Counted from the first letter of the stretch, positions 1 through 9,246 are shown. The stretch: DNA of 64,000 nucleotides from Candidatus Omnitrophota bacterium (GCA_030650425.1 JAUSED010000005.1:206932-270931), one strand, 5' to 3'. Numbers and translations: made by a program. Notes: generated by a model from the sequence alone, not told the origin.

Positions 1-92
1 ATCTCCACAACCTAAAGAAAAAAACCATACTGGAATACGCAAAGCTTTTTAACAGAAAAAACTTAATAGAATTAGTTAAGGAAATCGTATGA
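1..92 (+). CDS. 3' end of probable AbiEi-type antitoxin (partial)
   Basis: Open frame ...LHNLKKKTILEYAKLFNRKNLIELVKEIV* ends in an ATGA overlap with the AbiEii-like gene; position typical of type IV TA. Confidence 0.55.
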   Translation, partial: LHNLKKKTILEYAKLFNRKNLIELVKEIV

Positions 93-826
93 TTGAAAAA
101 AGACAGGTTCAAAAGTTAGCTCAAACGTGGCAGACAACAGTAGATAATGTGGCGCGGGAATATTTTCAACAACTATTTCTTTCCCAGCTTTATCAGGAAA
201 AGGGCTCCGATAGTCTCCTTTTTAAGGGAGGGACCGCGTTACGGATCATTTGGCAGAGCCCGCGGTTTTCGGAAGATTTAGATTTTACCGGAGCAGGCAT
301 CACGGTTAAAGGTATCGAAACCTTAATGGAAGGAGCCCTTGCTAACATAGAAATGGAAGGTATCCAAACCGAGATTATTGAGTCAAAAAGTACATCCGGC
401 GGATACCTTGCCATATTTCAGCTTAATACCGGCGAGTATAAAAGCCGGATTCAGATAGAAGTTTCTTTACGGCCCGGTAAAAAAGGGCTAGGTGCGGCAG
501 CGCTCATTCAATCCGACCTTGTCCTGCCCTATACGCTTATTCATCTTAAAGAAGAGATGCTTATTGCCGAAAAAATCCAAGCCTGTCTTACGCGCGGCAA
601 GGCGCGGGATTTTTATGACCTCTATTTTATCCTACGCAGCCGTATGGCCTTTAAGCAAGCCTTTATTCAGGATAAACAATTAAAGGTAAAGATTTTGAAG
701 GTTGTTAAATCCGGGAAGCTTGATTTTAGACGAGAACTTAAAACCTTTCTTCCGGTCAACCAGCATATGATTATAAAAGGATTCCCCAAAATACTAGTGG
801 CAGAGATTGAACGTAATCTTGCCTGA
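89..826 (+). CDS. AbiEii/AbiGii-family nucleotidyltransferase toxin
   Basis: LLFKGGTAL, RFSEDLDF, AEKI..., ARDFYDLY motifs. Confidence 0.9.
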   Translation: MIEKRQVQKLAQTWQTTVDNVAREYFQQLFLSQLYQEKGSDSLLFKGGTALRIIWQSPRFSEDLDFTGAGITVKGIETLMEGALANIEMEGIQTEIIESKSTSGGYLAIFQLNTGEYKSRIQIEVSLRPGKKGLGAAALIQSDLVLPYTLIHLKEEMLIAEKIQACLTRGKARDFYDLYFILRSRMAFKQAFIQDKQLKVKILKVVKSGKLDFRRELKTFLPVNQHMIIKGFPKILVAEIERNLA

Positions 827-846
827 GAGAGATAAATTCCTGCCAA

Positions 847-2409
847 ATGAAAAGATACTTAATTAGTTTTCTAACAGCCCTTGCTGTATTAGGAATAACG
901 GCAAGGGTTTTTTGTTATCCGGTTGACGCGGTAGATATTAGCGGAAAAAAATATTTTCCTGCCGTAAAGGAAGCGATTGTCAAAGCGCAGGAATCAATAA
1001 AGGTTGTAATGTTTGCTATGGAGGCATCTTTATCAAGAGAGGATACAAAACCAAACCAGCTCATTGGCGCGCTTATCGAGGCGAAGAAGCGAGGCGTGGA
1101 GGTAGAAGTTATTTTGGATCAGAATATAGACTTTTTAAAAACAAAGATATGGGAAACTAAAGTTAAAAGTACAAGGGCTTATAAACGCCTCAAAGAAGCA
1201 GGAGTAAAGGTTTATTACGATGAACCGGCTAGATACACTCATGCCAAAACTGTTATTATAGACAAGAAAATAGTCATCTTGGGGAGCACGAACTGGACAG
1301 AAGCCTCATTCGATAACAATATCGAAACAAGCGTCTTGATTAACTCAGAAAAGTTAGCAGGAGAAATTTTAACTTACCTAAAGACTATCAAGATAGATAC
1401 GAAAATAGATGAATACCTTGATTCCATCGGGCCATCGATACCTGTTAGCTGGAAATTCATGGAAAATCTGGCTTTGGCGCCTGAAATGGTAAAATTACAA
1501 GACGAGAGGGCCTTTGATGTTTATCTATACCTGCTTTGGAAATTTAGCGAAAAAATAGGGGACAGTCCCCAAAAGGCGGGGACAGTCCCCTATTTCACGC
1601 TATTCTATGATGATCTTGCCAAATATCTAGGGATTTATGAGGGTTGGAATAGCACAGATTACCGCAGGCAGATTATAAAAGTATTCAAGAAATTAGAGCA
1701 AAGATATAAACTTATAAAGTTTGAGCCGCGGTACGCGAAAGAAGCGACCATAACTTTACTTGATTACGAAAAAAATGGGGACAGTCCCCAAAAGGCGGGG
1801 ACAGTCCCCATTTTTTATGACGAAGAAGGGGATTATTTTGATTTGCCTGAAGACTACTTTAAGCTTGGCTGGAATAGGGAATTGTCTTTAAGGGCTAAAT
1901 TCTGTTATCTGATCAATCTTGCGAACATCGATATAAGCGACCTAAAGCCATACTGGTCAAAAAGCGTAATCACCATCACCAAGCAGTTCGGCGGCATAGG
2001 AAAGAGTGTGATACAGAAAGGAATGGGAGAATTGCGCAGGAATAATTTGCTGGAAGTGAGGTATGATGAATTATCCGGTAAACCCTATGAAGAAAGAAGG
2101 CCTAAGATGTATAAGCTCTTAAGGCTCTACGATCCAAAAGAGCGGGAATTAAGGCTAAAAGGAATGGAAGAGAAATATGGTAAAGAAGTATACGTAAAAG
2201 CAAGAAAATACGCGGAGATAGTCTTCGAAGAGAAGAATCCAGAAGTGATAGAGGACATCATCTTAAAAATGAAAGAATACGGGGATAAAGAAGTAGAGAG
2301 GGCGTTTGGCGAAATTAGCCGCAAAAGCATAGATAACCCCAAGAGGACTTATCTTTATCTAACAAGAATTTTAGGGAGAACATCCGGGGGATTGGGGAAA
2401 CCCCGCTAG
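847..2409 (+). CDS. Signal peptide + PLD-like (Nuc-type) domain fused to putative wHTH/DnaD-like C-terminal region
   Basis: Single HKD motif HAKTVIID..GSTNW; hydrophobic N-terminus; C-terminal assignment is by eye. Confidence 0.7.
   Translation: MKRYLISFLTALAVLGITARVFCYPVDAVDISGKKYFPAVKEAIVKAQESIKVVMFAMEASLSREDTKPNQLIGALIEAKKRGVEVEVILDQNIDFLKTKIWETKVKSTRAYKRLKEAGVKVYYDEPARYTHAKTVIIDKKIVILGSTNWTEASFDNNIETSVLINSEKLAGEILTYLKTIKIDTKIDEYLDSIGPSIPVSWKFMENLALAPEMVKLQDERAFDVYLYLLWKFSEKIGDSPQKAGTVPYFTLFYDDLAKYLGIYEGWNSTDYRRQIIKVFKKLEQRYKLIKFEPRYAKEATITLLDYEKNGDSPQKAGTVPIFYDEEGDYFDLPEDYFKLGWNRELSLRAKFCYLINLANIDISDLKPYWSKSVITITKQFGGIGKSVIQKGMGELRRNNLLEVRYDELSGKPYEERRPKMYKLLRLYDPKERELRLKGMEEKYGKEVYVKARKYAEIVFEEKNPEVIEDIILKMKEYGDKEVERAFGEISRKSIDNPKRTYLYLTRILGRTSGGLGKPR
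1551..1595. repeat. Family A palindromic element (GGGGACAGTCCCC doublet), in-frame in CDS
   Basis: aaaaataggggacagtccccaaaaggcggggacagtcccctattt. Confidence 0.9.
1769..1816. repeat. Family A palindromic element, in-frame in CDS
   Basis: aaaaaaatggggacagtccccaaaaggcggggacagtccccatttttt. Confidence 0.9.
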
Positions 2410-2411
2410 AA

Positions 2412-2517
2412 ATGAAGCTCCGCGGGCTAAAGCCCGCGGTTTCTTGGAGCGAAATACTGAGCGGCCATGCTCCATCCGCACCCTGAAGGGTGCGGTTTTG
2501 TGGCCGCGAATGTATAA
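2412..2517. mobile_element. Double-hairpin element resembling a non-autonomous IS200/IS605 derivative (PATE/MITE)
   Basis: Hairpins ccgcgggct-aa-agcccgcgg (2420-2439) and ccgcaccct-ga-agggtgcgg (2476-2495); no transposase between them. Confidence 0.5.
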
Positions 2518-2544
2518 AAAATCCAAAAAAATCCACAAAAAAAC

Positions 2545-2572
2545 TTGCAATTGCCTAAATTTGTGTTAAACT
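2545..2572 (+). promoter_or_regulatory. Sigma70-like promoter
   Basis: TTGCAA-16-TAAACT with extended TG. Confidence 0.45.
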
Positions 2573-2640
2573 TAAGCTAATTGTAGTTATTAAGCTTCGC
2601 GCTTTTACTGGAGGGTAAAAGCGCCTGGAAAAGCAGTTAG

Positions 2641-2684
2641 AACCAGAATGCTGTTAGACAAAGGGTCAGCTTTCTGGTTTTTTT
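2641..2684 (+). terminator. Intrinsic terminator-like hairpin in leader
   Basis: aaccagaatgctg...cagctttctggtt followed by T-run. Confidence 0.45.
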
Positions 2685-2708
2685 ATTTTCTAATAACTAA
2701 AGAGATTG

Positions 2709-2842
2709 CTAGGGGACACTTTCCGTCAAGGCTCTTTCGAAGCCACTCAAAGGAAAGTGTCCCCTAGAGGCTCAAGCCCTGCCAGCAGGGGACATTTTCC
2801 GTCAGGGCTATCAGGGAACTCTTCTAAGGAAAGTGTCCCCTG
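2709..2842. repeat. Two tandem family B hairpins
   Basis: ctaggggacactttcc...ggaaagtgtcccctag (2709-2767) and caggggacattttcc...ggaaagtgtcccctg (2786-2842). Confidence 0.9.
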
Positions 2843-3285
2843 GGACAAGGCTAAGCTTCAAGAAGAAACCCAAACCCTGCTCAATTACTTCCTCGTAGGA
2901 GTCACCCTCCCAGACTCTATGTTCTGGGTTAACCTACGCCCTGACTCCGAAGACCAGATTATTGACCAATATCTAGAGAAGACTGATGTAGGCAGGATTA
3001 TGCTGGAAGCTGATCTCCAACTCAAGAAAGACACTAGCGCAATGACCTCTCCAGCTACCCCTGAAGGAAGAGAATACTGGGATAGGCTCTATAAGAAGGC
3101 CGCTGATCTCTACGGCTATGACAATGTGACCATCCCCACTCTAACCCGTCCCTGGATTGTCCCGGGTGAGATTATCGTCAGAGAATCCCAAGACTCTGTC
3201 TATGTCTATAAGGCTACGCTTAAAGTCATGCTAGAGCAGGATTACCTCCAAGGAACGGCTATCCGTTATCCTGAGCTTGCTAGCC

Positions 3286-3365
3286 GTCATCCTGAGCCCC
3301 GCAGGGGCGAAGGATCTAATTCCTTAGATTCTTCCCCTTCGGCTTCGCCTCGGGGTCAGAATGAC
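3286..3365. repeat. Family C variant (GTCATCCTGAG...CAGAATGAC), in-frame in ORF
   Basis: Terminal inverted repeats with internal gaaggatct/agattcttc arms. Confidence 0.8.
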
Positions 3366-3560
3366 TATAGTTTTAAAGATATCCGCTCTAAAGCTCTTAA
3401 TGAATACTCCACTCAACTAATCAAAGAACTAATTATTCCTAAACTTACTAAAGAAGTCAACTCATCCAAAAGATATGCTCCCCTAAGACAAGTCTATTAC
3501 TCTTTAATTCTCTCCCGCTGGTTCAAACAGAAGTTTAAGCCAGCAGGGGACGCCCAGATA

Positions 3561-3619
3561 GTAGGGGACACTTTCCGTCAGGGCTCTAATGAAAGCCTCA
3601 AAAGGAAAGTGTCCCCTAC
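3561..3619. repeat. Family B hairpin, in-frame in ORF
   Basis: gtaggggacactttcc...ggaaagtgtcccctac. Confidence 0.9.
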
Positions 3620-3785
3620 CTTCGTCAGCCTTATTGACTCCAAAAACCTCACTAACCTCATTTCCAAAGACTCTTGGAGCAAAACCGACTATTTCAAGCA
3701 ATACCAAAAATCCTTCTCCGCAGGAGAATACAATATCCAAGAGCCGGTGGTATTTGTGGATGCGGTGAGTTAATATACACATATA

Positions 3786-3834
3786 GAAAAAATGGGGACA
3801 GTCTCCAAAAGGCGGGGACAGTCCCCATTTTTTC
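3786..3834. repeat. Family A element, intergenic
   Basis: gaaaaaatggggacagtctccaaaaggcggggacagtccccattttttc. Confidence 0.9.
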
Positions 3835-3845
3835 GCCTATTCTGC

Positions 3846-3873
3846 TTGACACTCGAGGTATTCCTGCTAAAAT
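3846..3873 (+). promoter_or_regulatory. Sigma70 promoter of hydrogenase operon
   Basis: TTGACA-16-TAAAAT with extended TG. Confidence 0.6.
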
Positions 3874-3954
3874 ATTACCCAATTCGTGTTAACCATCCTT
3901 ATTGCAAGGCTTTTTAGGCCTATCGATTGTAAAGGGACAGTTTCTAAGCACCTA

Positions 3955-4011
3955 CAGTAGGGGACACTTTCCAATAAATAGTAAACGCTCGTAGGAAAGT
4001 GTCCCCTACTG
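3955..4011. repeat. Family B hairpin in 5' UTR
   Basis: cagtaggggacactttcc...ggaaagtgtcccctactg (18-bp perfect stem). Confidence 0.9.
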
Positions 4012-4025
4012 CTAAAGATACTACT

Positions 4026-5468
4026 ATGCATTATAGCGGTTTGGTTTTAGGGGCTATTTTTATTCCGGTTCTCGGCGCGTTCTGCCTGCCTTTGGCGGCA
4101 AAGGTATCCAAACGACTACGGAATATCCTGTCTTTCATTTTTATCGCTTCTTCTTTTATCCTTTGCTTAGAGCTTATCCCATTAGTTTTATCCGGACAGA
4201 CAGTTTCTATCTCCAAACAATTTGCCTTGGGCCTTAACTTTAGCCTGCTGGCGGACAGCCTCGCCGTATTTATGGCCTGCGTCTCAAGCTTAATCAGCGC
4301 GATCATCGCCTTGTATTCATTTGGCTACATCAGCCATTATGAAAATCAGAATGAATATTATTGCATGGTTACGCTTTTTCTCGGCGCGATGATCGGTTTG
4401 ATTTTTTCCGCCAACCTCATTCTTCTCTATATATTCTGGGAGATTACCGCGATTACCAGCTGGCGCTTGATTGGGTTCTTTAGAGATAAGCCGTACGTGC
4501 TTAAAGCGGATAAAGCGTTTTTAGTTACGGTTTTTGGAAGCCTTTTAATGTTAATCGGTTTCTTAAATATTTATCAGCAGACAGGTTCGTTCGACTTACC
4601 GGTGATTAAAGAAAGCCTGAAATTCAGCGCAGTATCGAATTTAACGGTGGCTTTGATTCTGGCAGGTATATTTTCCAAGTCCGCGACCCTGCCCTTCCAA
4701 ACCTGGCTTCCTGATGCCGGTGTCGCGCCCAGCCCGGTAACCGCGCTTCTGCACGCCGCGGTCTTAGTCAAGATCGGCGTCTATGTTTTTGCCCGGATTT
4801 TTATCGTTAATATTACTCCGGATGTTTTATGGCATACGATCGTGCCTTTAATCGCCGGCCTAAGCGCGATTGTCTCAGCCGGAGCCGCCTTAATCGAAAC
4901 AGACTTAAAGAGGATTATTGCTTATTCCACGATCAGCCAGATTGGTTTTATTTTCTTTGGTTTGGCGCTCGGTAACGAAGTCGCGCTTTTAGGCGCGCTT
5001 CTTTTTATTCTGATGCACGGTTTGGCTAAAGCCGGGTTATTTCTTTGCGCCGGTATTGTCGAGCAGAACGCGAAGGTTAAGGATATCACTAAGCTTGGTG
5101 GATTGATTTCAACTATGCCAATTACCGCGATTTCGTTTTTGTTTTGTTCTTTTTCTATAATGGGGATACCTCCCTTCGGAGGGTTTTTTAGCAAGTATTT
5201 AGTTTTTAGCGGCGCCTTAGCCGAGGGAAGGCTTTGGATTATCTTGATCTATTTAGTCTGCGCGTTCATGACGATTATTTATCTTTTCCGGGTTTTTAAT
5301 CTGGTATTTTTAGGAAAGGCGAACATCCCAGCGCGAGAGGCCAGCCCGATGATGGTGAAGAGCGTGGCTACGCTGGCTATATTATCGCTCGTTGCCGGTA
5401 TATTGATCTATTATCCTTATCAGTTCGCGCAGAAAGCAAGCTGGCAGATGCTGGAGGTGATCAGATGA
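4026..5468 (+). CDS. Antiporter-like (NuoL/MrpA/HyfB-type) hydrogenase membrane subunit
   Basis: WLPDAGVAPSPVTALLHAA, LKRIIAYSTISQ; the GTG at 3999 lies in the repeat, so ATG 4026 is preferred. Confidence 0.85.
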   Translation: MHYSGLVLGAIFIPVLGAFCLPLAAKVSKRLRNILSFIFIASSFILCLELIPLVLSGQTVSISKQFALGLNFSLLADSLAVFMACVSSLISAIIALYSFGYISHYENQNEYYCMVTLFLGAMIGLIFSANLILLYIFWEITAITSWRLIGFFRDKPYVLKADKAFLVTVFGSLLMLIGFLNIYQQTGSFDLPVIKESLKFSAVSNLTVALILAGIFSKSATLPFQTWLPDAGVAPSPVTALLHAAVLVKIGVYVFARIFIVNITPDVLWHTIVPLIAGLSAIVSAGAALIETDLKRIIAYSTISQIGFIFFGLALGNEVALLGALLFILMHGLAKAGLFLCAGIVEQNAKVKDITKLGGLISTMPITAISFLFCSFSIMGIPPFGGFFSKYLVFSGALAEGRLWIILIYLVCAFMTIIYLFRVFNLVFLGKANIPAREASPMMVKSVATLAILSLVAGILIYYPYQFAQKASWQMLEVIR

Positions 5469-7300
5469 TGGTCCAAGCCTTACTGCTTATTCTGATCATT
5501 CCTTTGATTTCCGGGGTGATCATGTTTTTTATCCCCAAGAAAGAGCGCAGGGCTCAAGAAGGTTTGTTAATCATCGCCAGTTTAGCTAATTTTATCCTCG
5601 CGGTATCTCTATTCCCGCAAAATTTTACTTACAGGTTGCCGTGGCTCGACTCGGGAATCGAACTGTCTTTTAGGCTGTATAATTTTAGCAGCTTTATGCT
5701 TTTATCTACTGCTTTTTTTGGTTTCTTAATCGCTTTGTACTCGGTTATTTTTATGCGGGGAAGGAATTTCCTCAACCAGTTTTACGGGTATTTTCTGCTC
5801 TGTATTTTTTTTAGTAACGCGGTATTTTTATCCGATAACCTTTTGGTTTTATTCTTCTTTTGGGAAGGCCTTTTACTTTCGCTCTTTGGGATGATTGCGG
5901 TGGGTAATAAAGAGGCATTTAAGACTGCCACCAAAGCCTTTATCATTATTGGGGTGACGGATTTGTGTATGATGTTAGGGATTGCTTTGACCGGACACTT
6001 AAGCGGGACAATGACCCTTTCCAAAATTAATCTTCCGCTGAATAATCCCCTTGCCAGCATAACCTTTATTCTGTTGATGATCGGCGCGATTTCAAAAGGC
6101 GGGGCAATGCCTTTTCATAGCTGGATTCCGGACGCCGCCACTGACGCGCCGCTTCCTTTTATGAGTTTTGTGCCGGGGGCGATGGAGAAACTTTTAGGGA
6201 TCTATTTTCTTACCAGAATTTCATTGGATTTATTTCAACTCAACGCCCAGTCAGGCTTAAGTACTTTACTGATGAGTATCGGCGGAATAACGATTATCCT
6301 GGCGGTAATGATGGCTTTAATCCAGAAAGATTATAAGCGGCTCTTGTCGTATCATGCCATTAGCCAGGTTGGTTATATGATTTTAGGTGTTGGCACAGCT
6401 CTTCCTGCCGGTATCGTCGGCGGGCTCTTTCATATGATCAATAATGCCTTATATAAAAGCGGGCTCTTTCTTACCGCCGGGAGCGTGGAAAAACAAGCCG
6501 GTACAACGGATCTGGGTAAATTAGGCGGGTTAGGCAGGGTGATGCCGGTCACCTTTGGCTGTTTCCTGATTACGGCCTTGGCTATTTCCGGAGTCTGGCC
6601 CTTTAACGGGTTTTTCTCCAAGGAACTGGTCTATGACGCGGCGATTGAACGGGGGATGATTTTTTACCTTGCCGCTGTTGTCGGTTCATTCTTTACTGCT
6701 GCTTCTTTTTTAAAATTAGGGCATGCCGCATTTTTAGGCAAGCTCAGCTCCCAAAACGAAAAGACCAAAGAGGCAGCCGGAGCAATGCTGATTCCGATGA
6801 TCGTTATTGCCGCAGCCTGCGTAATTTTTGGCCTATTTAATCAACTTCCTTTAAAATACCTTATTCAGCCGATACTGGGAGATAGATTGGAAGGGCATAA
6901 TTTTAGCGGCTTCCCGGTTAACATAACACTAGTGGTTATTACTTTTGTAGTCTTATTTTTAGCCCTGGCCAACCATCTCTTCGGCGCCAAGATTAAAGGG
7001 AGCGGCTTAGCTGCCTTGGATCATATTCGTTACGCGCCGGCGCTCTCTAAGATTTACGACTTAGCTGAGAAAAGATTATTTGATCCTTATCACTGGGGTT
7101 TGGGCTTAGTGAATATTATTTCCAAGCTTAGCTTGGGCATAGATCGAGGGATAAACTGGCTCTCTGATGGATTAAGCGTGCGCTTGGCGTATGGCTTATC
7201 CTCGGGGATCAGGAAAGCCCACACAGGGAACTATTCAGTTTATTTATCCTGGTCCATCGCGGGGATGTTGATTATATTCGTTATATTAATTATTTTATAG
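5465..7300 (+). CDS. Antiporter-like (NuoL/HyfB-type) subunit
   Basis: PFHSWIPDA, KRLLSYHAISQVGY. Confidence 0.85.
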   Translation: MMVQALLLILIIPLISGVIMFFIPKKERRAQEGLLIIASLANFILAVSLFPQNFTYRLPWLDSGIELSFRLYNFSSFMLLSTAFFGFLIALYSVIFMRGRNFLNQFYGYFLLCIFFSNAVFLSDNLLVLFFFWEGLLLSLFGMIAVGNKEAFKTATKAFIIIGVTDLCMMLGIALTGHLSGTMTLSKINLPLNNPLASITFILLMIGAISKGGAMPFHSWIPDAATDAPLPFMSFVPGAMEKLLGIYFLTRISLDLFQLNAQSGLSTLLMSIGGITIILAVMMALIQKDYKRLLSYHAISQVGYMILGVGTALPAGIVGGLFHMINNALYKSGLFLTAGSVEKQAGTTDLGKLGGLGRVMPVTFGCFLITALAISGVWPFNGFFSKELVYDAAIERGMIFYLAAVVGSFFTAASFLKLGHAAFLGKLSSQNEKTKEAAGAMLIPMIVIAAACVIFGLFNQLPLKYLIQPILGDRLEGHNFSGFPVNITLVVITFVVLFLALANHLFGAKIKGSGLAALDHIRYAPALSKIYDLAEKRLFDPYHWGLGLVNIISKLSLGIDRGINWLSDGLSVRLAYGLSSGIRKAHTGNYSVYLSWSIAGMLIIFVILIIL

Positions 7301-7316
7301 TTACAGGAGAAAACTC

Positions 7317-8750
7317 GTGTACGCATTATTAGTTTTAGTCCCATTCTTTAGCCTTCTTGCCTTGAATCTTCCTTTTAGGGAACTGAATAGAAGGCTGGCC
7401 TTTGGCTTTGCCGCCATTTTATTTTTGCTGCAAATGGGCCTCGTATTTATTCCGGATGTTTATTTTTGGAGAGTGCACTTATCTTTCTTCGCTAATATTT
7501 TCCACTTTCAGCTGGCCGCGGATATTTTAAGTAAAGTTGTCTTGTTCTGCATTGGTTTGGTTTCTTTGACGGCCTTATGCGTTTCCCGTTCGTTGATCAA
7601 AGAATCCGAGGAAAGGTTTAATTTTATCAATATTATTTTACTGGCGGTAGCAGGGATGAACGGCGTAGCCTTAGCGCAGGATATATTCTCTCTTTACGTA
7701 TTTTTGGAGATTACCGCGGTTTCATCTTTCATTCTGATCGCGTTTGAAAAGGATATATTGGGATTGGAAAGCTCTTTTAAATACATTGTTCTTTCTGCTG
7801 TGGCTACAGTTCTGATGATCGCCGGTATTGCTATATTAATGTTCATTGCCGGAAGCACGAATTTCTCGGTCATCCATTCCGCGCTCTTAAGCCAGAACAG
7901 GAACCTCTTGCTCAGTCTGTCTATAGGGCTATTTCTTTCGGCGCTATTTATTAAGGCCGGGCTGATGCCTTTTCATGGCTGGCTTCCTGACGCTTATACT
8001 GCGGCGCCAGCCCCGGTATCGATATTCTTGGCAGGTATTGTGACTAAAGTTGCCGGGGTCTATTGTTTGATCAGGATAATCTTATCCGTCATCGGTTTTA
8101 ATGATCAATTAAAAGGTATTCTTTTATTAGTCGGAGCTTTCTCGGCTATTTTTGGCGCGCTTAGCGCCCTTACGCAAAGCGATTTTAAGAGGATGCTTAG
8201 CTATTCCAGTATTAGTCAAATCGGTTATATTATATTAGGTTTAGGGAGCGGTACAGCTTTAGGGGTTGCCGGCGCGACCTTACATATTTTTAATCACGCG
8301 GTATTCAAATCGCTCCTTTTCGTAAATTCCGCGGCAGTAGAGAGCCAGACAGGTTCAAGAGATATAGATAAGATGAACGGTTTAGCTAAGCAGATGCCTT
8401 GGACGAGCTTAACCTCGATTTTAGGGAGTTTATCCTGCGCGGGCATTCCGCCTCTGGCCGGATTTTGGAGCAAGCTGGTGATCATCATCGCGCTCTGGCT
8501 GGCCGGTTATAAGATTTACGCGGTGATCGCGGTATTGGGAAGCCTGTTGACCTTAGCCTATTTTTTGGCCCTGCAAAGGAAACTTTTCTTTGCTCAGCCA
8601 AATGATGAATTCAAGAATATTAAAGAAGCCGGGTTTGGCCTCATCTTTCCCGCGTTTTTCCTCGCGGCTTTGATTGTGGGTGCAGGGATATTATCTCCCT
8701 GGATACTCAGTAACTTTATTTTAGGTTTTAATTCACTAGTAGGAGGTTAG
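7317..8750 (+). CDS. Antiporter-like (MrpD/NuoN-type) subunit
   Basis: KAGLMPFHGWLPDAY, KRMLSYSSISQIGY. Confidence 0.85.
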   Translation: MYALLVLVPFFSLLALNLPFRELNRRLAFGFAAILFLLQMGLVFIPDVYFWRVHLSFFANIFHFQLAADILSKVVLFCIGLVSLTALCVSRSLIKESEERFNFINIILLAVAGMNGVALAQDIFSLYVFLEITAVSSFILIAFEKDILGLESSFKYIVLSAVATVLMIAGIAILMFIAGSTNFSVIHSALLSQNRNLLLSLSIGLFLSALFIKAGLMPFHGWLPDAYTAAPAPVSIFLAGIVTKVAGVYCLIRIILSVIGFNDQLKGILLLVGAFSAIFGALSALTQSDFKRMLSYSSISQIGYIILGLGSGTALGVAGATLHIFNHAVFKSLLFVNSAAVESQTGSRDIDKMNGLAKQMPWTSLTSILGSLSCAGIPPLAGFWSKLVIIIALWLAGYKIYAVIAVLGSLLTLAYFLALQRKLFFAQPNDEFKNIKEAGFGLIFPAFFLAALIVGAGILSPWILSNFILGFNSLVGG

Positions 8751-8751
8751 T

Positions 8752-9246
8752 TTGTTGCTGGAGTTATTGATATTAATATTATTAGTTAGCGCGGGGTTAT
8801 GGACAGTGATGACCCGGAGCCTTTTACGTTCGGCTATGGGCTTGGCCTTAGCCAGCGCGATCCTAACTATAGTCATGTTTAGAATGAACGCTAATATAGC
8901 GGGTGTTTTCGAATTATCGGTCTGCGCGGGATTAATCCCGGTTTTATTTATCAGCGTGATTAGCCTTACCCAGCCAATGACCTTTAAAGAGGCATCCGAC
9001 CATATGAAAGAAAGATTACATCGTTTCTGGGGCCTGCCCTTAATCGTGGTTGTTTTAGGAGTAACGCTTGCTTTGGTGAGTTTTAAATATAAGGTTACAC
9101 CGGCAGCGATTCAGGAGGGAAAACCGGATGTGCGTTTTATCTTATGGCATTTAAAGCAATTTGATTTACTGGGACAGATCATCATACTTTTTACCGGAGT
9201 GTTTGGCGTGGCGATCTTATTTAAGGAAAGGAATAAGCGTGGCTAA
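8752..9246 (+). CDS. NuoJ/MrpB-like membrane subunit
   Basis: Hydrophobic; ELSVCAGLIPVLF; operon context. Confidence 0.7.
   Translation: MLLELLILILLVSAGLWTVMTRSLLRSAMGLALASAILTIVMFRMNANIAGVFELSVCAGLIPVLFISVISLTQPMTFKEASDHMKERLHRFWGLPLIVVVLGVTLALVSFKYKVTPAAIQEGKPDVRFILWHLKQFDLLGQIIILFTGVFGVAILFKERNKRG

Larger units (their letters stand above)
2706..3773 (+). pseudogene. Probable fragment of a large protein, carrying several in-frame palindromic insertions
   Basis: TTG start abuts a repeat and the first ~46 codons are repeat-derived; protein-like core (FWVNLRPD, LEADLQLKKD, TRPWIVPGE); abrupt end next to another repeat. Confidence 0.5.

Noticed and set aside
3674-3892. Short ORFs containing GDSLQKAGTVP or other repeat peptides (also 17515-17784, 42897-43151)
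   Set aside because: Read-through of palindromic repeats, with no RBS or independent coding signal.
1551-4011. Clustered repeats as a CRISPR array
   Set aside because: Irregular spacing, several unrelated palindromic families, copies inside ORFs, no cas genes.
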